Source: Felis catus
Lineage: Eukaryota
Assembly (NCBI RefSeq): GCF_018350175.1
Contig: NC_058368.1
Span: forward strand, 70,744,001 to 70,808,000
DNA: 64,000 nucleotides
Reading direction: 5' to 3'
Shown here in pieces: positions 1 to 12,845 of the stretch; positions within the stretch are counted from its first letter, which is position 1, and every line of letters starts with the position of its first letter. A program made the position numbers and the translations under genes. Under the pieces are notes generated by a model, which was not told the DNA's origin, made no database searches, and was given only the letters and a program-made list of their open reading frames with translations.

Positions 1-433
1 TTTCTTGCAGTAAACAGCTCATAGCAGGTTGCAGATAAACAGAGGAAAGGCCAGCAAAATATTCAAACCCCGGAAGAAGTTTGTCCCTTTGGGGAAGAAT
101 TTAAGGGCAAATTCTGTCCATGGTAGGTTCCCTCCAGGATATATTTATTTACAGGAAAAGACAGCCTTGCTTATGCAAAGGACCCTTCTTCTAGGCCTAG
201 TACTTTGCACATTTAATTTTGAACCAGGAGTTGAGGTAAAATAGAACAGGAGTGCTTTAAAATGGAGAGACGTGCATCTCACATTTTGTATGAGTTTCCT
301 AGGAGTTTTTAGGATCAAGATTTGTGCTAAAACAAAATCTTTAAGTCCCCCAAGCTTAAAGAGACAGAGTAGGCATTTCTTAAGACTAAGGCATAGGTAA
401 ACAGAAACATGGGGATAAGAGATTAGATTTTCA

Positions 434-650
434 GGGCGCCTGGGTGGCTCAGTCGGTTGAGCGTCCTACTTTGGTTCAGGTCACAATCTCGCGGTCCGTG
501 AGTTCGAGCCCCGCGTCGGGCTCTGGGCTGATGGCTCGGAGCCTGGAGCCTGCTTCCATTCTGTGTCTCCCTCTCTCTCTGCCCCTCCCCTGTTCATGCT
601 CTGTCTCTGTCTCAAAAATAAACATTAAAAAAAAAATTAAAAAAAAAAAA
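434..650 (+). mobile_element. CAN-SINE (feline SINEC_Fc-like)
   Basis: tRNA-like head, CT tract and poly(A); TSD AAGAGATTAGATTTTCA at 417-433 and 651-667. Confidence 0.95.
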
Positions 651-754
651 AAGAGATTAGATTTTCATTCAAGTCAGCCATAAATGCAATGACTCATATT
701 TTTCAGTATTGATTCAGTATTCTTTGTCTTTTATTTTCATAGAATTTTGCCTTA

Positions 755-975
755 TTTTTTAACGTTTATTTTTGAAAGAGAGAGAGAGAGAGAGCGAGCG
801 AGCGAGCACGAGTCGGGGAGGAGCAGAGAGAGAGGGAGACCCAGAATCTGAAGCAGGCTCCAGGTTCTGAGAGCTGTCAGCACAGAGCCTGGCATGGGGC
901 TCAAACTTACAAACTGTGAGATCATGACCTGAGCCAAACTCCGATGCTTAACCACCTGAGCCACCCAGGCACCTC
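755..975 (-). mobile_element. CAN-SINE
   Basis: Reverse-complement SINEC body with poly(T) and GA tract. Confidence 0.9.
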
Positions 976-1159
976 TTATTTTGCTTTATTTTAGATCTGC
1001 AGTAAAAACAATGGTAACAACCAGCAACAAAACAAAACCTCAAATCTGCTTTGCTGTCTTTTATCTATGACTGCTGTTGAGGTCAGGAAAACAAGATTGT
1101 GTGTGTTATGTGAAGCTGGAGCCACATTCTCAGGGTCATAGACTCATCGCAGATCTAAC

Positions 1160-2260
1160 CAGTCATCCATATTCATTTGCTCAGTTAGTATGTTCGTGCC
1201 AGGCACTGTGGTAGGTATGGCATGCAGCAGTGATCGGAGACAAAAATCTCTGTCCTCATGGACCTTATATTCTGATGAGGAGAAGGAAACAAAATGAATT
1301 ACTGAAGTACATACTGTGTCCATTGCTGATGGAAAAACTATCAAAAATAAGTCAGGGAAGGTGAATGAAGAATTGGCAATTTTAAATGGGCCAGCAGAAG
1401 TCTTGCTGAGTGAGAAGGTAACATTCGAGCAAAAGACCTGAGGCAAGTAGAGGAGTGAACCATGTGAATATCTGGGGGAATGTTCTCTGTGAAGATAGCA
1501 GCACATGCACCCGTTCTAAGATGTGAGCTTGCCTGGTGGGCTGAAGGTACAGAAATAGTTGGTGTGACTTGAGCGAGTGAGCAAGATAGAGAATAGCAGG
1601 GAATGAGGGCAGAGAAACAATGGGACCATATCACATAGGAACTCCTAGGCCACTGTAAAGACTTTGGCTTGTATATCTGAGCAAGATGGTTAACACTGAA
1701 GGATATTGAGTAGGCTTAAATTTTAACAGGATCACTAGGGCTGCTGTGTTGAGGAGGACCATGGGAGAGCAAGGAGAGAAGCCAGGAGACTGGTTAGGAG
1801 GCTGCCACAATCGTAGAGATATGTATGACCCGATAATAGCTCAGACCATGGAGTATAGGAGTAGGTGTTGTGTTGTCAGAATCTCAAAAGCTGGCTACAT
1901 TTTGAAGGTGGGGTCAGTACAACAGAATTTGCTAAGGGATGGCATGTGGGGTGTGGGTTTCCTGTTTTCTAGAATGGGACAGTCTGGGAAGAGCAGGTTT
2001 GGGGGGAATGGGAAATTAGGCATCTAAATAGAGATGTAAACACTTCAATATATGTGTCTGGCATTGGAGGAGGGGTTCAGCCTAGATATATACATTTGAA
2101 AATCATCATTGGTGTAAAAATCAGTGTATCAGGAACTCATGAGATCCCCAAGGGGGTGTGGGTATAGATAATGAAGAGGAGGATTCCAAGGATTGAGCCT
2201 TGGGGCACTCTGTGTTACTAGGTGAGGAAGATAAGAAGGATTCAGCAAAAGAGACTACCT
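1160..2260 (-). mobile_element. LINE L2 remnant
   Basis: Begins with a reverse L2 3'-end-like motif (cattcatt...gtgccaggcactgtg...ctctgtcctcatggaccttatattct), followed by purine-rich L2-like sequence. Confidence 0.7.
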
Positions 2261-2852
2261 CAAAGGTGGGAGGATTACATGAGTTAATAAATGCTTATTA
2301 TGATGATTAAGCATCCTCTCTAGTTTTACTATTTTCCTTCACAGTTGAACACAGAGTTGACTTGCCTAAACCCAGTAAGCACTGGATTGAGGCGTAAGAT
2401 TTGCCACTTTTAGTATAACTAGCAGTGTCTATGCTGAATGTAAATTTGACACTTACCCTCTAATTCCTTAGTATGTATACTTCTTTTTTTTTTCATTTTC
2501 CTCCCTTTAAAAAGGAACTTACAAGGTGTATATAAGGTTAAGAATATTAGATAATTGCACAAACATTGCTACATTTACAGAAGTAGCAATGTAGACAAAA
2601 CTTAACTCTTAGCTGACAGGTGGCAGCAGTGGGCTGCGCTTGAAGCTCTCCTCTGCCAGCTCATGCACAAAAACTGGTTTAGGTGTTTTAATCATGTGCA
2701 AAGGATTGAACTGCTTAAAAGTGAAACATATGCAAGGTTTTTTGTTTTTGTTTTTTAACTCCATGTAATAAAGTTTGAGTTTATTGAATGGTATACAATT
2801 GCAGACTATATATAGTTTAATAAATTACAGCCTTTAGAAAACTAGGGAATAC

Positions 2853-3072
2853 TTTTTTTTAATTTTTTAATGTTTATTATTTTTGAGAGAGAGAGAGAAA
2901 GAGACAGTGCAAGTGGGGGAGGGGCAGAGAGAAAGAGAGACACAGAATCTGAAAGGCTCCAGGCTCTGAGCTGTTAGCACAGAGCCTGACATGGGGCTCA
3001 AACCCACGAGCCGTGAGATCATGACCTGAGCCCAAGTCAGAGGCTTAACCGATTGAGCCACCCAGGCGCCCC
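2853..3072 (-). mobile_element. CAN-SINE
   Basis: Reverse SINEC ending caggcgcccc. Confidence 0.92.
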
Positions 3073-3837
3073 AGAAATACGTTTTTAAAATGAAGACATA
3101 AGTGGATCTTGATAAAGTAAACTTACATTATACAGTATGTTATGAATACCATTATTTTTACACATGAAATAAGTCCTAGGCTCCAAAATTGGAGGACTCC
3201 TTAGTGTTTTAACTTTTAAATTATTAATTTTTGTTTAAACCTTATTTGTTTCAATTTTATTTAAATAAGATCATGAAAATTGACAGTCTTTTCAAATGTG
3301 TGTAAAAAGAGAAGCACATTTACCCTGAGTTTTAGACATCCAAATTTGACTTTTTCTTGTGTCATCACAGTCTGTTACTTACTGCTGAATCTCTATTACC
3401 TGGCTCATAGGGGGCACTTAACAAACATCCATCAAATGAATATATGGGCATAAAAACTTGTCTGCTTATTACTAGAAAGCCTTCAACTCCATAATTTCAA
3501 AACATCAGAGGCCATTACTATAGAAGAACTGATTTCCATTTTGTTCTACCTGTGTTTTTTTTCCCCTTTTAAGGTTCATTTACATTTAAAAGGTGAGTGG
3601 ATTCAGATTATCGAAAATAAAAATAAAAACTGTTACTTATCAAAAGAAAAATTGATTTAGATTTTTAGAGAAATAGATTAAAATTTAAATGTAATTGAAA
3701 TATGAGAAATTTTACAATATTATCAATATTAATGCACTGAAGTAATTTGACAAGACCAGTATTTTTACTCTGCTTATGGCATAGGTGTGAAGGACCTAGA
3801 TATTTTTTAATTTGCTTTTCACTTTATTTTAATACAG

Positions 3838-3965
3838 TTTACATTTAATAAGGAGGAGACCTGCAAGCTTGTCTGTACAAAAACATACCATACAGAGAAA
3901 GCTGAAGACAAACAAAAATTAGAATTCTTGAAAAAAAGCATGCTACTGAATTATCAACATCACTG
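3838..3965 (+). CDS. TM9SF2: TM9SF2 exon 4 (128 nt)
   Basis: aatacag|TTTACA...CACTG|gtaag; [42 protein letters not shown](W). Confidence 0.97.
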
Positions 3966-6134
3966 GTAAGACATGGAGATTTTGGACTGTTGGTATTTTC
4001 CTTTTCTAGATGAAACCTCTGTTTCGTTGACTGTATAAATTACTTCATTAACTCTGTAAAATGTAGCAAATCCGTTGATTTTTTTGTTGATAGTAATAGC
4101 ATGAAGTCTGACTTTTAGGTGCCAAGGATTACTAAGGTTGACAGCTTAAAGTATCATTTTTAACTGCTTAGATTACTGTAATATCTGGTACTTCTTTTGG
4201 TTCCTAGACCTGGTACCTAGAGTACTTCTTTTTTTCACATGTATTTAATAAGAACATATTCATGCTTTGGGGAAAGGACCTGGATCAGTCATCTAGAAAA
4301 ATACTGTTATTTTATACTTGGAGGCCTTAAAAAAGACCATGGGAAAACAAACTTGAACGTCATTTAACGTTTGATACATAGCATCTGCTTCAAATAAAAC
4401 AGTTACATTTTGAGTAACCTGTTTTTTATTTTATACACTGTGATGTTACATTAACTAGGTCTTTACCAGTTTGTGTTACAATCAAAAAGCATTTAAACCT
4501 ATTTTATTTTTGCTTCTAAAGTAGTTAACTCAAAAAAATAAGGTAGTATTGACTCTTTATACATAATTCAAATGTAGAATATTTTTAAAAGGGTCTGAAA
4601 ATCCAACTTTTGAAGTATGATCATTATCCTTCAAGATAATTTTGCTGACAAATAACCTTACTCTGTGTGGGGTTCTAATTTACATATGTTTTGCCTCTTC
4701 TAAAAAGTATAAGGTACTGGAGATAGTGAACAAGAAGACTGTCTTCATGTACTTCCTCTTGAATGTTTATCCTATCAGTATCTCATGCTCACTTGCCCAG
4801 TGCAAGGGAGGTTAGGAACCATTGATCTCAGTTTGACATGCCCAGACCCTGTGGCTCAAATACTGTGGTTGGAGCCTGTCATTCTATCTTGCCCCCTAAA
4901 AGTCCTAGAGAGGGGCAACCTTGGGTCACTTGCCCATCCGTGAACTAGTCTGTCTGTAATTAGGGGAATTCATTCTGATTGGCCAGACCTTGATAGAATC
5001 TATTTCAGTCTGCTAAACCAGATGGGAACAAGTTTCTCATAGCAGGACACCGTTGGAATAAGGAAGGACACTTGCCCATTACACTTGTGTCAGCTTCTTC
5101 CTCTTGTGAGCCTCAGTGCAAACAAGAACTTGAAATCTCCTCATTTCTTTGGTACTGTGAGAATACTATGTAATTGCTGAATCAGTATAAGTTGGGTACA
5201 TTTGCTTATTCATAAGTAATTGAAATTTTCCTTGGTATTTTCACTTTGCTTCAAATTGTTAACAGCCTTCAAAATGATATCTAAGGCTCAGTTTTTAGAG
5301 TTTCATGTTAGCCTCATTCACCTCCGTTTACTCGAGGAGGTGTAAACGTTTAGAGTAATAGCTACTCTATCCGTTTAGCTATTAATAGCTACTCACTTGT
5401 TGACAGAATAAAGAATGACTTCAGGCCTATAGGTGATTTTTAGTTATTTCTTCTACCCTCTGTTCTTGGAATACTGTCAAGAAGCTTGCTCCTAAAGATA
5501 ATAGAAGCACCTCTTCTTCAGTAGCTTAGAAATATTTTTAACTAATTTACGATGGAATTAACATAGGTACTCTTTGTTGCCAAAATGCATAATAAAAAGA
5601 ATAAACAATTTAAAATAGTTTATGAAGTTAGCATTTGATAATGAAATTGATTCAGTAATTTGTGATAGGTATATCAGTTGCAAACTTACGCTATATTCTG
5701 CCTAAAAAACTTGAAACTTGCTGGTGATTAATCATTTTATTGTTGTATCAGAAGAGTTTATGATTTCAGGTCTGAAACTATTAGCCAAACTCTAAGCTGT
5801 ATCACAAATATATCGTCTGGTAATTGTGGATAATGGACTTAAGTCTTTATTATTATTATTTTTTTTATGTTTATTTTTGAGAGAGAGAGAGAGAGAGACA
5901 GAGAGAGACAGAGAGAGAGAGACAGAGTGAGAGTGGGGGAGGGGCAGAGAGAGAGGGAGACACAGAATCTGAATCAGGCTTCAGGCTCTGAGCTGTCAGC
6001 ACAGAGCCTGATGCAGGGCTCACATCCACAAACCACGAGATCATGATCTGAGCCAAAGTCGGACACTTAACCAACTGAGGCATCCAGGCGCCCCTGGGCT
6101 TTAGTCTTTAAATGTTTTTTAATGTTTATTTATT

Positions 6135-6176
<42 letters not shown>

Positions 6177-9100
6177 CGCGAGCGTGAGCTAGGGAGGCGT
6201 GGAGAGAGAGACACCCACAGAATCTGAAGCAGGCTCCAGGCTCTGAACTGTCAGCACAGAGCCCTACACAGGGCCTGACCCATAACCCATGAGATCTTGA
6301 CCTGCGCTGAATGAAGTCCGACGCTTAACCGACTGAGCCACTCAGATGCCCCTGGGCTTTAGTCTTTAAATCAGTACATTACACATTTGGAAAATGTTGG
6401 TTCACATTGATAATTTAGTTGAACCCTAAGTTGAGTATATTTCTGTCTTTGACTTACTTCAGAAAGTTTTTACTGTGTAACTTGATTTTCAGCATAGATA
6501 CCAGAGTTGATAGAGATAAAATAGCATGAACCTTTAGAAATCTGAAAGACCTTTAAAAGTATAGTGTTATGTTATGGAATTTTATTGTGAACGTAGCACT
6601 TCTTATTAACCTTTGCACTGAGACATTTGGGGAGAGCATAATCATTTTCTAAATTATGAAACAATATATATCTGTGAAAAAACACAAGCAGCGTAGGAAA
6701 ATATCAAGTAAAAAGTAAACATCTTCTACCACCCTCAACTTCTTTAATCCTGTTCCCCAGAGGTAGCAGTATTATTTCTCATGTGTTCCCAGATATTCTG
6801 TGCATATGCAGGCATATAACAGGAGTGTACCTGTTTAAAATAGTGCAACTGAAGTATTGTACATATTATTCTGCAAACTTGCGCATTTCTTTTCAGAAAA
6901 TCTGGGCGTTTGTCATGTAAAAGCACATCTGTAGACCTGTATCTACCTTATTCCTTTCATAATTGTGTAGTATTACATTGCATGAATGAACTGTAGTTTT
7001 TTCCCCCATGACGTTTTTAACCTTACTACCTTTTAAACGATTACAATAACCAAATATTAGCTAATAAGCCAACCCATTTAGAGAACAGTTAATTAAGAAT
7101 AGTTAATTTCCTTATCTAAATTGACAAATACTTTTAATTCATAATTTGGGATGTTGGAACACAATTTGAGGATTTTCTTGCCTTATTCTGTCCTGAGCTA
7201 CTTCTTGATTCTTGAGACTAGTGTTTTGATACTAGCGCCAGGCACCGAATTCCCTTCAGCTATACTCTGCATGGTTTGTGCTTATACTTCTTGCCCAAAT
7301 TTCCAGGTGTTTGTGACATTTTATTTATAAAAGTATAATTATATAACTAGGTATCACAGTACTTGCGTTTTCTAGCTTATTGGACAGAGAGGGGTCTTTG
7401 AAGGTATTTTAGTCTAGTGAGTTCTAATCCTGGATCTCAGCAAGCTAGCAGTGGGAGAATGTTTTTAAAAATTCAAAGTCCTGGGGCGCCTGGGTGGCAC
7501 AGTCGGTTAAGAGTCCGACTTCAGCCAGGTCACGATCTCGCGGTCCGGGAGTTCAAGCCCCGCGTCGGGCTCTGGGCTGATGGCTCAGAGCCTGGAGCCT
7601 GTTTCCGATTCTGTGTCTCCCTCTCTCTCTGCCCCTCCCCCATTCATGCTCTGTCTCTCTCTGTCCCAAAAATAAATAAACGTTGAAAAAAAAAATTCAA
7701 AGTCCTAACCGATAGTGTAAATGTACCCATGTTAAAACTATATAGAATAACTTAAATGCCAAGCTTCTTTGCTTTTCACTACAATTTTCTGAATATATTG
7801 TGATAACATGGGTTATTCTGTTCTGATCGGAAACTCTGGGAATTTAATTTATTGGGGAAAAATTATTAGTGGATGAGGCTTCATTAATAGAAGTGTTTTA
7901 TATGGAGCCCATGGAGGGTAAAGGAGAATAATGGAAAGAAGTCCTAGATGGTAAAAAAAAAAAAAAAAAAAAAAAAATTGGGGCCAACCTTTATCCTTTT
8001 GAATCCTTCTTTTTCACTGTGAAGATTAAAAATAAGATTTTTAGTATTTTTGGTGTTATAAATTTAAATAAGTACTACTCCCTAACTTAGCAAGGCAGTA
8101 ATTGAAAATTATATTCTTTAAATTTTATTACATTTATTTCCAAGTGTTTGTTGTTCTTTTTTTAAATGCTTCCTATTACCAGGAAAAGGTTATTGTGTCA
8201 AGGCATTATGTAAATGATAAACTTAGGATGCTTGCTTTAAAAAAGCCTAAATTGCTGCTTAATTTCTCTTTTTATAGCTAGCACTGTAATTTTTATGTAG
8301 TACTTTCTCTGCGATGAAAGCATAAAGATATTATAATTAATATATTGTATATATTCACTGATTGCATTTCATCCTCTATCTAAAAAATTAAAGCAATTAA
8401 CTGATTGTTTAAGCTACCAAAAAATCTGAATTATTTATTTTATGTAGCAGTGCTTTTATACTTCTAATATTTTATAGTCTTTTCATGGGAGCTGCTAGCC
8501 TGCTGGCTATAATAATAAGCAACTTAATAGTGAAGGTGATTCTAAAATTTGGTATATTGGGTACTATTAAATAGCATTTAAATGTGACGAGACATGTTTT
8601 ATTAGGTCATTAATGTACACCTTGGGTGCATATAGAATCATAATTTTACTTCCTAAGGCATACATTAATTAACAAATAAAACATGCCCTGGAGTCACCTT
8701 ATGACTGTAATATAGCTAGTATATTTTTAGTAATATTTTTTAATTTGTATCCTGTAGTGTGCTCTTGGCATTTGGGGACCACATGCTCGGACTTTAATGT
8801 AGTTTAGACAGTGCTACAGAATCTTATTCTTTTATTCTTTATTTTTATCCCCTTTTTAAAAAAGTTCTTTGTCACTATAGCACTTTAAATTTTTGTTTCT
8901 CTGGTTTTATAGCAGCATTTCTTTTACACATAAGTTGGATTTACACAGCTTAATAGATTAAGACTGTAATTTTCACTTTTTCACTGGCCCTTAAGTTGAA
9001 TATTTTTCCATCTTGCAGTTATGTTCTTCCCCTTTTTATTGAATTACCTAGTAGTAAAGGACATTTGCTTCTATGCTGTTCCATTAAATTGTTCCCAAGG

Positions 9101-12100
9101 AACTAGATACATTGCTTTGCACCTAATTTAGAGCTTTTGAGTGTTCTGCAAAAGGTAAATTATACTCAGCAGATCTAGATAGTGATATTAAATTAGCAAC
9201 TGCAGTAAATTAATTTATAAAACTCTTTCCTGTATACATTTATAGTTTCAATGAAGCTATAAAGTCTTTTTCTTCACTACAGCATATCAAATATTGGCAT
9301 AATGCTATTGCCTATGAAATACTACATTTTATCAAAATTCTTTTGTTGTAGTTTTGACATCTGAAGGCATTTATAGATATCTAAATTCTATGAAGTTGTA
9401 ACACAGCTTTGAGCAGTATTTGTTAGTCATGTTTGATGATTTCTAACTTGACTTTTATTTCTGTGCTTAGGATTGTGGATAATATGCCTGTAACATGGTG
9501 TTATGATGTAGAAGATGGTCAGAGGTTCTGTAATCCTGGATTTCCTATTGGCTGTTACATTACAGATAAAGGCCATGCAAAAGATGCCTGTGTTATTAAT
9601 GTAAGTTTGTGAAAAAAACCTCTATGCTACTTTTTAAAAATATGGTTTTTTTGGTAGAAGGATTCAGTCTTTACCTGCACAAAATTGGTTACATTCATTG
9701 TATGAGTACAATTCACATGTCTGAAGCACAATTACTTAGATCTTTGACTTAAGCCAGATTAACAATATATAGATTTAACTCTAGCACTAAATAATTCAGA
9801 TTCAGTTCAGCATTCACTGAGTGTCTATTACATGCTAAGCACTAGGCTAAGGGCTAGTTGTATGTTCTGACTCTATTAAAAGTTAGATGCATAAATCTTA
9901 TATATATTAAAAAAAAGGTTACTGGAGTGCCAAAAAGACCTCATTACAAGCCCATGAAATTTGTATTACAAATTCAAGTCCATAAAATAATATATTGCAA
10001 GAGTTTAGTATTATACCTTTTCTTAAAAAGTAAATGCCTTTATAGCCATTCTTTTATATTTAAAAACAATAATAAAGATGTTACTATAGAAAGTATTAAA
10101 ATTATTGGGGATGTGTATAAATTTTGTGTAATCAGGTCAACCTGATTTAATCTCCTAGTGTGACCTGGTAGTAGAAGTTAGCATCAGCTTGATCATGAAA
10201 CTGGTTTGGCTAATGCTTTTGGGAGAGTTGACTACACACACTTAAATTATTTAGGTTGTGGGTTTAGTCTGAAGTTAGAAGTTTCAATTTTGAAATGTGT
10301 AAGTTTTGGTATGCTCATAACATTTAATATTCTAAAATTTATTTTGTTAGTTTTATCATAAGTGGAAAGATAGAAAATATTAGATGTGTTCTTTTTAACA
10401 GGCATTTATATGTAAGAATTAAAATATTAAAGAAGCATAATTTGTACTCTGCCAATTCATTTTGGCTTTTGGAGAGTTTCAGCTTAAAACTTAAATGTTT
10501 TTATAAGGAAGGACTAAAACTCTGTCTTAGCTCAAATTTTCCTACTTGTGCCTCGTGTTAAAGTTTTGTTTTGACTCTTGTGCAGCCAGTTTTCTACCTT
10601 TAAGTTTTGTTCCACAGTCAGAATTCCATGAAAGAGATACATTTTACATCTTCAACCATGTTGACATCAAAATATATTATCATGTTGTTGAAACTGGGTC
10701 CATGGGAGCAAGATTAGTGGCTGCCAAACTTGAACCAAAAAGGTAACTATACAAATAGATAAAAAGTGAATAAATGAGGGATGCCTGGCCAGCTCTGTCC
10801 TCAGTCAGAAGAGCATGTGACTCTTTATCTTGAGGTCATGAATTTGAGCCCCACATTGGGTGTAGAGATTACTTTAATTAAAATACAAAGGGGTGCATGG
10901 CTGGCTCAGTCAGTGGAGCATGTGACTCCTTATCTCAGTCATGAGATTCAAGCCACATTTTGGGCATAGAACTTACTTTAAAAAATTAAATGAAAATAAA
11001 ATAGTAAATAAGTAAATAAATGTGAGTGAAATTATTCCTAAAGAATAAATATTTGGGACCCAGTTAACTTTTTTAAAAATCAGTATTCTGGCATATAATC
11101 TGACATCTCAGTATTGATTTTACTAAAACTCCCTTTAGTGTGATTTGTTACTGAGTTGTGGGTTGTCCAGAGAAGCCATATAAATATATTTTTTTTCCTG
11201 TTATGGTAAGTAGTCAAGCCAAAGTGTCTTTCTGTTCTGTTTTTCAATCAGGAAGTTTTGACAGCTTTTCTGTGTCAGCCAGGAATGGAGAACGTGAGTG
11301 GTTGGCGCAGCATTCTCTCTTTTGGTGGAAAAGCACTGCCTCCAATATTTGCAGCTTGACCTCTCATCAGATGCCCAAATGAGCCGATTTCTTAAAGTAA
11401 TCTCTACACCCAACGTGATCTTGAGCTCAACAGTTCCATGCTCTAATGAGTGAGCCCACTGGGTGCCCCCTAAATGGGCTGATTAGTGCCATCATTTCTA
11501 AAGTCTCCTTGCAATGTTAGATGCCAGTATGTGACAAGTCAGTGAAAGAGCATCTCTTCAAGTTGTCAATATTTTTAGTGTGAGAGTACCTATCAGTTAT
11601 TTGTGAGATCCCTTTTTTGATGGAGCATTCCATTTTTTTTTCATGACTTCCCCTCAGCCCCCACCCCCCCCCCCCATTGAATTAGTCTTTTTCCCATGCT
11701 ACTGTTGGTTAAGAAAGGCATGCCATTATTGGATGGCAGTTAATTTAAATCCCCTCAGTGTTTGTTTTTATTGTTTTAAGATATTTAATGTTCTTCATGT
11801 ATAGTGCTTTCAAAAGTTTGTTTCTAATTTTGAATAATAATTTACATATACTTACAACTAAGCCCATTATTTATATAAAACAAATATTTGTACTATTAAA
11901 TGTGACATGAATAATTTCACCCTTGACTATCACTAGCATTGTAAAATACATACAAAATCTGTAACATTTACCCCATTTTTTCAACTGTTCTTTATCAGCA
12001 TCTTGCCAAAATGTTTCCTCCCACAGCTTCAAACATACCCATATAGATAAACCGGACTGCTCTGGACCCCCCATGGATATAAGTAACAAGGCTTCTGGGG

Positions 12101-12788
12101 AGATCAAAATTGCCTATACTTATTCTGTTAGCTTCCAGGTGAGTTTGTTTTTATCTCTAGTGTAACTCAGAAATTCTAAATTCATACTATGTAAACTAAT
12201 TAAAAATATTAATGATTAACCTTGTCAAATACATAAGCTTTTAATGAGCTGATTTGGAATAGTTTGTCAGTGCACCAGGCAACATAATCACACTAAAAAC
12301 TAAGTGTCCATTTAAGTGAGAAGTATGGTTGATTAGAGAATTGAACCTGATTAAATGTTAAGTCATAAGAGATACATAGAAAGCAAAAGGTAGAAAAAGA
12401 AAATAGACGTAGAGGTCGGTTGGGGCATTTGGATGACTCAGTGGTTAAGCATCCGACTTCAGCTCAGGTCATGAGCTAGCTCACAGTTTGTGAATTCGAG
12501 CCCTGCGTTGGGCTCTTTGCTGTCAGCAGAGTCGGCTTCGGATCTTCGTTCCCCTTCTGTCTCTGCCCCTCCACTCATTCCCTGCCTCCCCCCCCAAAAA
12601 AAATAAATAAATAAACCTTAAAAAAATCTTTAGTGGCACCTGAGTGACTCAGTCGGTTAAGTGATTCTTGGTTTTGGCTCAGGTCATGATCTCACAGCAA
12701 GAGTTTGAGCACTACATTGAGCTCCATGCTGACAGTGCAGAACCTGCTTGGGATTCTGTCTCTCTCCCTCTCTGCCCCTCCCCGTGCA

Positions 12789-12845
<57 letters not shown>

